Shown piece by piece: positions 57,760-64,000 of a stretch of 64,000 bases of DNA. This stretch comes from an uncultured Mycoplasmatota bacterium (GTDB lineage Bacteria > Bacillota_I > Bacilli_A > RF39 > UBA660): the NCBI GenBank assembly GCA_947570175.1, contig CANOTJ010000005.1:175-64174 (forward strand). The letters run 5' to 3'. Numbering within the stretch: the first letter of the stretch is position 1; every line of letters begins with the position of its first letter. The position numbers and the translations under genes were made by a program. The notes beneath the pieces are model-generated. The model was not told where the DNA came from. It made no database searches and saw only the letters and a program-made list of their open reading frames with translations.

Positions 57760-59823
57760 TTATGGCAGTAATTCATCTGGTAAATCTGGGGTCTCCGGTA
57801 CAGTCGGTTCCTGTTCCTTTGTACAAACACCATCTATTTTTTCATAACCTGGTTTACATAAACAAGTTACTCCATCAGCTCCTAATTCCTCATTTGTTCC
57901 ACATGTTATTTGTTTTTTTGTACAAACACCATTTACTTTTTCATAACCTGGTTTACATAAACAAGTTACTCCATCAGCTCCTAATTCCTCATTTTCTTTG
58001 CATGTTATTGTTTTTTTTGTAGTCTCTTTAGTAGTATCATCTTTCTTTGTACATACTCCATTCACTTTTGAATAGCCATTTTTACATACACAGCTTACTC
58101 CATCAGCTCCTAATTCCTCATTTGTTCCACAATTTTTTGTATCAGATTTTCTTTTTGAAGATGAATCATAGCTTTGCATTCTACCAGTTAGTCCTTGTCC
58201 AATTACTTCCTGTTCATACTCCTGATCAATTCGGAAACTAAAATCTTTAATAACTTCTGGATCTTCTAATCCTAAATTAATTTTCATAGCACTAATTACA
58301 GCATCTAAACTTTCATTGGATAAAACATAATTATATAAATCTAAGCCAGTTCTTGGATCGTAAATATAAGCATCTTTTCCACTTAAATATAATCGTTGAA
58401 TTCCAAGCAAATCTTCTACTTCTCCACCACTACTTTTTACGATAATATCTTTTCCTATATTATATAATGATAAAATTTCATTTCTAGTCATATTAGTTTC
58501 CATACTGTTACTCACAGTATCTAATAATTTATAAACTGTATCAATATTTCGAACCTGTTTGATTTTATTCATTAGCGCTCTAACAACTGTTTGTTGATTT
58601 TGGCCTCTAATAAAATCATTACTAGTATAATTACTATATTTTTTGCCACAATAAGCAGGCCAAGGATGTCGATTTCGAGAAAAGGCTAAAGCTTTTTCTC
58701 CATCTAATGTTTGAAATCCTTTATCAATATAAACTGTTCCATTTCCAAACTCACGATTACTATTCTGTTCACATAACGAATAAGGAACGTCCACATCTAC
58801 TCCGCCCAATGTATCTACTAGTTTTACAACTCCTTTAAAATTGATTTTTACATAATAATCAATATCAATTCCTGTAAAATTTTCGATCGTTTTTATCATA
58901 CAATCTTGTCCATACCATGCAGCATGAGTAATTTTATTTTTTCTCTGTCCGGCAAAACACATAATAGGAACGTAAGAATCACGTGGTATACTAAGCATTG
59001 TTGTATTTAACGTTGTTGGATTAAAAGTAATTAACATTAATGAGTCACCATTAAAACTACTACTTGCAAGATTCTCATTTTCTGAATCTACTCCCATTAA
59101 AAGAATTGTAAAAGGGCGATTTAAAGTTGTACTTCTTTTAGATTTAGAAGAATTTTTCTTAACCTTTTTTTCTTTTGTATAAATGATTTTTGTATCCTCA
59201 CTTAAATTACTTAATTCTGCTTCTTCTACGTTTTGAAACATTACTGTATAATTCGTTGGAAGAAGTGCATATTCTATTTCATTATCATACAATCCCTTTA
59301 ATAATGAAATGTAACTTTCATACTCCAGTATTTCATTACTTAATTTTTGTTCTTTTATAATTTCTTTTGGAATTACATACCCATCGATACTGGTATCATC
59401 TGCAAGCATTCCAATTTTTCCATCTTTTACTTTACTAATATCATCTATTTTATTATCAGATAATGTAATAAGACTACTTGAATAAGTCGTAGAATCAGTA
59501 GTCATATTCCCTATAATATTATAAGTCTTAATAATATAAAAAGCTCCTACACATAAAATAGTTGCATAAACAATCGTAACTGGAATGAAAATTCCATATT
59601 TACTTTTTTGTTTTTTAACTGTTCCTTTATAGCAAATAAAGAAAATAATCCAAATAATTACAAGAGCTATTGCAATGAATAATCGTAGACGATTTTCTAT
59701 GTTATTTAATAGAGCAATTGCATAAAGTAAATATCCAGTAGCAAATGTATTAATTAAAAATGTTAGCACTACTATTAATGCTTTTAATTTATTTGTTTTA
59801 AAAAGTTGGAATAATCCTTTCAT
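57760..59823 (-). CDS. LytR-CpsA-Psr (LCP) family protein with N-terminal TM helices and three C-terminal Cys-rich ~34-aa tandem modules
   Basis: 687 aa. LCP core (LLMGVDS...SIPRDSYV). C-terminal repeats CGTNEELGADGV[ST]C[VL]CK[NP]GY[SE]K[VI][ND]GVCTK in three copies. Confidence 0.8.
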   Translation of the reverse strand: MKGLFQLFKTNKLKALIVVLTFLINTFATGYLLYAIALLNNIENRLRLFIAIALVIIWIIFFICYKGTVKKQKSKYGIFIPVTIVYATILCVGAFYIIKTYNIIGNMTTDSTTYSSSLITLSDNKIDDISKVKDGKIGMLADDTSIDGYVIPKEIIKEQKLSNEILEYESYISLLKGLYDNEIEYALLPTNYTVMFQNVEEAELSNLSEDTKIIYTKEKKVKKNSSKSKRSTTLNRPFTILLMGVDSENENLASSSFNGDSLMLITFNPTTLNTTMLSIPRDSYVPIMCFAGQRKNKITHAAWYGQDCMIKTIENFTGIDIDYYVKINFKGVVKLVDTLGGVDVDVPYSLCEQNSNREFGNGTVYIDKGFQTLDGEKALAFSRNRHPWPAYCGKKYSNYTSNDFIRGQNQQTVVRALMNKIKQVRNIDTVYKLLDTVSNSMETNMTRNEILSLYNIGKDIIVKSSGGEVEDLLGIQRLYLSGKDAYIYDPRTGLDLYNYVLSNESLDAVISAMKINLGLEDPEVIKDFSFRIDQEYEQEVIGQGLTGRMQSYDSSSKRKSDTKNCGTNEELGADGVSCVCKNGYSKVNGVCTKKDDTTKETTKKTITCKENEELGADGVTCLCKPGYEKVNGVCTKKQITCGTNEELGADGVTCLCKPGYEKIDGVCTKEQEPTVPETPDLPDELLP
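57825..58140. repeat. three tandem, near-identical ~105-bp direct repeats, coding for the Cys-rich modules of the LCP protein
   Basis: Read directly: ccatctattttttcataacctggtttacataaacaagttactccatcagctcctaattcctcatttgttccacatgttatttgtttttttgtacaaacacc recurs with few substitutions. Confidence 0.7.
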
Positions 59824-60015
59824 GAAATACCTCCTAGTATATTAACAATAATCATTATACATCTTTTTATGAAATTAGACAAGATGATTTTTGGATAGGT
59901 AACATACAAATTTATTCTTTCCTATTATTTTCCTATAAAGAATCAACATTTAAAAAAAATGGAATAAAATATATTGTAAAATATTTATATTTTTGATATA
60001 ATTATTTTGTTATTT

Positions 60016-60089
60016 GGGTCTATAGCCAAGTGGTAAGGCGTGGGACTGCAACTCCCTGATCGTTGGTTCAAATCCGACTAGGCCCTCCA
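60016..60089 (+). tRNA. tRNA-Cys (anticodon GCA)
   Basis: Cloverleaf folded by hand. Acceptor stem GGGTCTA/TAGGCCC, anticodon stem GGGA/TCCC with loop CTGCAAC, T-arm GTTGG-TTCAAAT-CCGAC, and encoded CCA. Confidence 0.85.
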
Positions 60090-60326
60090 TTAGAAAATCT
60101 GTTCGAACCTTTCGAACACTAATATACATTTCATCTCAAATTGAGATAATTTTTTATACTTATATAAAAATCCCCATAGAATCTTTTGATACGCTTGTAA
60201 AAATTCCTAGGAGGTATCTATTACTATCATTGAATTATATATACTAGTTTTTGTATTTATTAGCGAAATTTGACAAAAGAAAAAAATTATGTATAATATA
60301 GGGCAACAAGGGGGGGAAAAATTATA

Positions 60327-60863
60327 ATGAAAGATTATTCTTTTGGTGATAAAGATTATCAACAAAACTTTATTTTAAGATCTGAACTTAGCAAAGACTA
60401 TAAAAGTATCATTGTCTATTATGCAAATGGTGAGGTACGTAGCTTTCCAAATCACTATTATACATTAGAACTAATCGAAAAGAAAAAAATAGAACAAATA
60501 GAAAGAGCATATTCTATTTTACATGAAATAACAACGGAAGATAATGAAAATCTCACAAGAACCATTCAACGTTATATTGCAATTAAATTAAAAGCTAAAG
60601 ATATTGAAAAGAATAAAATATTTTTAGATAATTTAGAAGCAATCAATGAAACTTTAAGGATTAATCATGAAATTGTACTACATTTTCATATGTTTTTACA
60701 GAATCGCTTTATATGGGGATTAGACTATCCGGGTGAACCTTATGGGGCTGTTACTTCTTTGTGTTTAGATGATGCGGATAAGTTTACTTTGAAGGAAGTA
60801 AAAGAAATTGTGCATTATATGGGAACAACTGAAAAAAAATATTGTAAATCACATATCAACTAA
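60327..60863 (+). CDS. hypothetical protein (178 aa) downstream of tRNA-Cys
   Basis: ORF with coding-like composition. No recognisable motifs. Confidence 0.45.
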   Translation: MKDYSFGDKDYQQNFILRSELSKDYKSIIVYYANGEVRSFPNHYYTLELIEKKKIEQIERAYSILHEITTEDNENLTRTIQRYIAIKLKAKDIEKNKIFLDNLEAINETLRINHEIVLHFHMFLQNRFIWGLDYPGEPYGAVTSLCLDDADKFTLKEVKEIVHYMGTTEKKYCKSHIN

Positions 60864-60976
60864 TTAATAAGGTAATAAAAAAGTGGTTCAATATCAAGTA
60901 GTGTTGATGAGACCAAAAACAAATGATAAATGAACTTAGTTAGGGGACTGAATTTTCAGTTCTCTTTTCTTATATT

Positions 60977-61693
60977 TTAATAGGATTCAATAGGCCTTTT
61001 AGCTTTAAGATGTTTAAATTTTCTGTATCCACAAGCAGTATGTTTGATTTGTTTAATAACATTATTGGTACCTTCTACAATTCCATTAGAATATTGATAG
61101 TCAAAAGCATTTAAAATATAGTTTCCCATATTTTTAAGAGTTTTAATAGCTTTTTTCATATATTTAGAAATTTTAATATTTTTGCCATTTATAATGCTTT
61201 TAAATATATCTTTATTTCTAATATTAATGGAGTATAAAATCGGTTGATATACTTGATAAGTTTCATACAATTCTTCATTTGTATTTATTAAATAAGTAAC
61301 AATGTCATATTGAGAAATTTCTTTCTTAAAACAGTTTTGATATTTTTTATTTTCTCTATTTAATTCACGCTTATCTTTTAAAATTAATTTCCAATATTTT
61401 TTGAGTTTTCTATAATTAGGATTGGATTTAACAGATAACTTGATTCTAGTTTTATCTAAAGCATTTCTAACCTGTATAACAATGTGAAATCTATCTGGAA
61501 TTAAAATGGCATTTCTAAATAAAGAATGCATTAATTTATAATAAGGCTTATATAAATCTAAGGTAATAAATTTAACATTATCTCTTTCTTTTTTAGAGTA
61601 ATGTTTAAAATACTTTTCTATATCAATAGATTTTCTACTATTATTAATATCAAAAATATTTTTATTAGTATGATCAACAATAATGAATGCCAA
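60977..61693 (-). mobile_element. ISL3-family transposase, 5'-truncated remnant (C-terminal DDE domain only)
   Basis: 238 aa. Matches the C-terminal half of ISL3 transposases (LDLYKPY, IPDRFHIV, GIVEGTNNVIKQIK, ACGYR). Upstream sequence (61694-61780) carries frameshifted fragments (MSRK*) in place of the N-terminal zinc-finger/HTH half. Confidence 0.65.
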
Positions 61694-61992
61694 TTTAGAA
61701 ATAGTAGCCTTAGTTGCACTAAATTCATCAATATTAATAATTTCAGGTAATACTCCATTACTTTATTTTCGAGACATAAATCCAAATTTGTACTAAAACA
61801 TTATTAGTGATTGATATTTTGTATATCAAATAATTAAGAAGTAAAAAAATTGTAAGTATCTACTCCATTCACACCAGGTTGATAGAAAACTTGAACTTTT
61901 TTAATCATTTGATAAGTTTCAGTTTTAATATGTTTAAAATTTATGATAAGATATTTATAGAGTGAAATTGATTTATCAATTTAGTAAAACAC

Positions 61993-62025
61993 ATATGTTC
62001 ATTGAGAGTGTCAATGAACATGTAT
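61993..62025 (+). promoter_or_regulatory. 11-bp perfect inverted repeat (ATGTTCATTGA-n5-TCAATGAACAT) 20 bp upstream of the cupin gene; candidate operator
   Basis: Read directly from the sequence. Confidence 0.35.
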
Positions 62026-62044
62026 TTTAGTAGGAGGTTTAGAA

Positions 62045-62518
62045 ATGAACAATAAAATAATAATTCATAATTTAAAGGATATGAAAGCAAAATATAAAAA
62101 TGAACATGGATATGAATTTAATAAGTATGAAGTTACACAGAGAAAAGATTTTAGTCAAGTATATATCTGCTTTTATGAAATTATGCCAGGTAAATCAGCT
62201 TATCCTAAACATTATCATTCATATAATACAGAATGCTTTTATGTAATTGATGGCGAAGGGTTAGTAGAAACATTAGACTCTAATATAAAAGTAAAAAGTG
62301 GTGACATAATTGTATTCCCATGTGGAGAAAATGGTCTTCATAAATTGATAAATACTTCAAACACAAAAAAATTATTATACATTGATTTTGATACTACAAA
62401 TTCCCCAGATATTATTCATTATATAGATTCTAATAAAGTTGGTATCATTGAGCATAATATTTCTAGTACATTTTTTCGAAATGAAGATAATGTGGATTAT
62501 TATGAGGGAGAAAAATAG
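62045..62518 (+). CDS. cupin domain protein
   Basis: 157 aa. Cupin_2-like motifs (HYHSYNTECFYVIDGEG ... GDIIVFPCGENGLH). GGAGG RBS. Confidence 0.6.
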   Translation: MNNKIIIHNLKDMKAKYKNEHGYEFNKYEVTQRKDFSQVYICFYEIMPGKSAYPKHYHSYNTECFYVIDGEGLVETLDSNIKVKSGDIIVFPCGENGLHKLINTSNTKKLLYIDFDTTNSPDIIHYIDSNKVGIIEHNISSTFFRNEDNVDYYEGEK

Positions 62519-62691
62519 AGTTATTAAATAGTCCTATAGAATGGTACTACAAAAATTATAGTTAGTATAGAAAAATCATTGCAAACAAAAGATTTGTAAT
62601 GATTTTTATTTGCTTAAAAATATTCAAAATAAAAAGTAAGAATAACCTTTATTTTTCCAAAATATCTTGATATTTCTTACTTTTTTATTCA

Positions 62692-63732
62692 CTATAAATT
62701 TTTTATTTTTACAAATTCTTTTGCTTTTTCCACATCACATACATCATTCTTACTTATAGCTTCTTCTAATGCTTGCTGTACATTGTTTCTAAATATATAT
62801 GCCATTCCTGTTGCTAAATCAATATCTTGTCTAGTTAGATTAGCATAAAAAGCAGCCAAATCATTATTCTTTGTTTGAAGAAGTAATGCTCTAAATTGTT
62901 CTCTATTTTCAGGAGTGATTAAAACTTCATATGGACTAACTATTTGCCCTTCACGAATATCATTCCATTTTTGATCCAGATTAAATTCTTCTACAACTTG
63001 ATTATCCACAATCCCATCATAATGTTTAATAACATAATTCATTTGATCTAAATCCAATGTTTTAGTGCGACTATCTACATAATATGATAATTGTGAATTT
63101 ATAACATTTCCTGTTCCATACCAATCCTGTAATGGACTAGATGTTTTTAAAGTAGTTGTATGACTTCCATCTTGTAATGAGGTATTATGAACAAAGCCTG
63201 GAATGCTTGCCCAATACTCACCAGGATTATAGCGAACCAATTTTACTGTTTTATTTCTTAACAATTCGGCAGCAATGGCATATCCAGATTCTACACGACA
63301 TACTTCGATAGTATAATAATGTTCATGTGAATTTTGATGTGGAAATCCCCCCATATCTTTAGAACGAGCATCTACCACAACATAGCTAAATTTAGTTTGC
63401 CCATCTACTACACGACAACGAATTTCCTTATTTGGCATTACTTCACTTCCAATTGTAGCGTTCTGTGAAGATAACATCTTTTCAAGTGAAGAATCTTCTA
63501 TACGAAATTCATTTTCTTCAAATAGTTTCATAAGTTTTGAATCTTGCATTACTTGAGGGTAAAAACTTGCAAGTGAAGCGTAATAATACTCCGCTCTAGC
63601 TAAATCTTCCCCAGTTAAAGATTGTTGTGCTATTTTTTCATATAATTCCTTTTCCATAAAAACTTCCTTCCATTCAATAACACCCTTTTTAATTCTTACA
63701 AACATAATACTACAAAACAGTATATAAAGCAA
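62692..63732 (-). CDS. hypothetical protein, possibly a cupin-fold protein (HQNSHEHYYTIE)
   Basis: 346-aa ORF. A weak HxH...E cupin-like motif. No firm family assignment. Confidence 0.4.
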   Translation of the reverse strand: MLYILFCSIMFVRIKKGVIEWKEVFMEKELYEKIAQQSLTGEDLARAEYYYASLASFYPQVMQDSKLMKLFEENEFRIEDSSLEKMLSSQNATIGSEVMPNKEIRCRVVDGQTKFSYVVVDARSKDMGGFPHQNSHEHYYTIEVCRVESGYAIAAELLRNKTVKLVRYNPGEYWASIPGFVHNTSLQDGSHTTTLKTSSPLQDWYGTGNVINSQLSYYVDSRTKTLDLDQMNYVIKHYDGIVDNQVVEEFNLDQKWNDIREGQIVSPYEVLITPENREQFRALLLQTKNNDLAAFYANLTRQDIDLATGMAYIFRNNVQQALEEAISKNDVCDVEKAKEFVKIKNL

Positions 63733-63846
63733 ATATTTTATGATAAAATATAACCTAATAAATACAGATATAACTACAAATTCTTTAATAAGATATCACA
63801 TAATAATCAAATATTATCATCTTAAATTAATATGAGGACTATTTTT

Positions 63847-64000
63847 TAACAAGCGCTAGTTTTTCTTCACTATTAATAGCGGTATTATCCTTCATAGTCT
63901 GTAAAAATTCTAAATTATTTGCCGCTATATGCATATTTTTATCATTATAAACTACTCCACCAGCCTTTTCTACAATAAATTCTCCTGGTATGTAATCCCA
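63847..64000 (-). CDS. inositol monophosphatase family protein, C-terminal fragment (gene continues beyond the window end)
   Basis: The minus-strand translation ends ...WDYIPGEFIVEKAGGVVYNDKN... This matches the IMPase WDxAAG...EAGG motif. Confidence 0.5.

Noticed and set aside
57717-58241. Plus-strand ORFs (101 aa and 64 aa) rich in His/Leu/Phe
   Set aside because: They are reverse-strand artefacts of the three tandem 105-bp repeats inside the LCP gene. They have no RBS and consist of repetitive low-complexity sequence.
60890-60905. GTGGTTCAATATC resembling the tRNA-Cys 3' end (GTTGGTTCAAATCC), considered as an att-site direct repeat
   Set aside because: Only ~10/13 identity over a very short span. 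Not sufficient to call an integration boundary.

Overview
This is a 64-kb chromosomal segment from a very AT-rich, endospore-forming low-GC Firmicute. The window carries spoIVA, a spoVIF-like gene, sspI and the yqfC-yqfD pair, and the overall GC content appears very low by eye. It mixes conserved housekeeping blocks with several accessory-looking stretches.

Housekeeping blocks:
- the yqfC-yqfD-ybeY-dgkA-cdd-era-recO cluster
- murE-mraY
- a T-box-regulated thrS
- der, engB and efp-rpmG
- a class B penicillin-binding protein, sodA, nfo, ldh and nrdDG

Accessory-looking stretches:
- 1-3.4 kb: small orphan proteins and a UDG-like ORF
- 3.5-7.8 kb: two large membrane proteins followed by tandem DUF2974 hydrolase paralogs
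- 11.5-17 kb: an S66 peptidase paired with an S51-like peptidase, then DUF1848, DUF3592 and a GT2 glycosyltransferase
- 60-64 kb: a tRNA-Cys-associated islet containing a 5'-truncated ISL3 transposase

The most striking sequence-level observation is in the anaerobic ribonucleotide reductase nrdD. An in-frame TAG, followed by GAGGAG and an ATG, separates the catalytic body from the glycyl-radical tail (RRVTGY...). The tail is therefore either a separate 56-aa ORF or requires readthrough.

Other points of interest:
- triplicated, near-identical ~105-bp repeats encoding Cys-rich modules in an LCP-family protein
- a T-box operon whose ThrRS lacks the N-terminal TGS domain and is preceded by an orphan ORF
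- a paired LemA/DUF2207 module with a poly-Gly tail
- a GS-like amidoligase candidate
- a 340-bp near-pure A/T divergent promoter region between nrdD and spoVIF-spoIVA

No CRISPR array and no recognisable defence-system hallmark proteins were seen.
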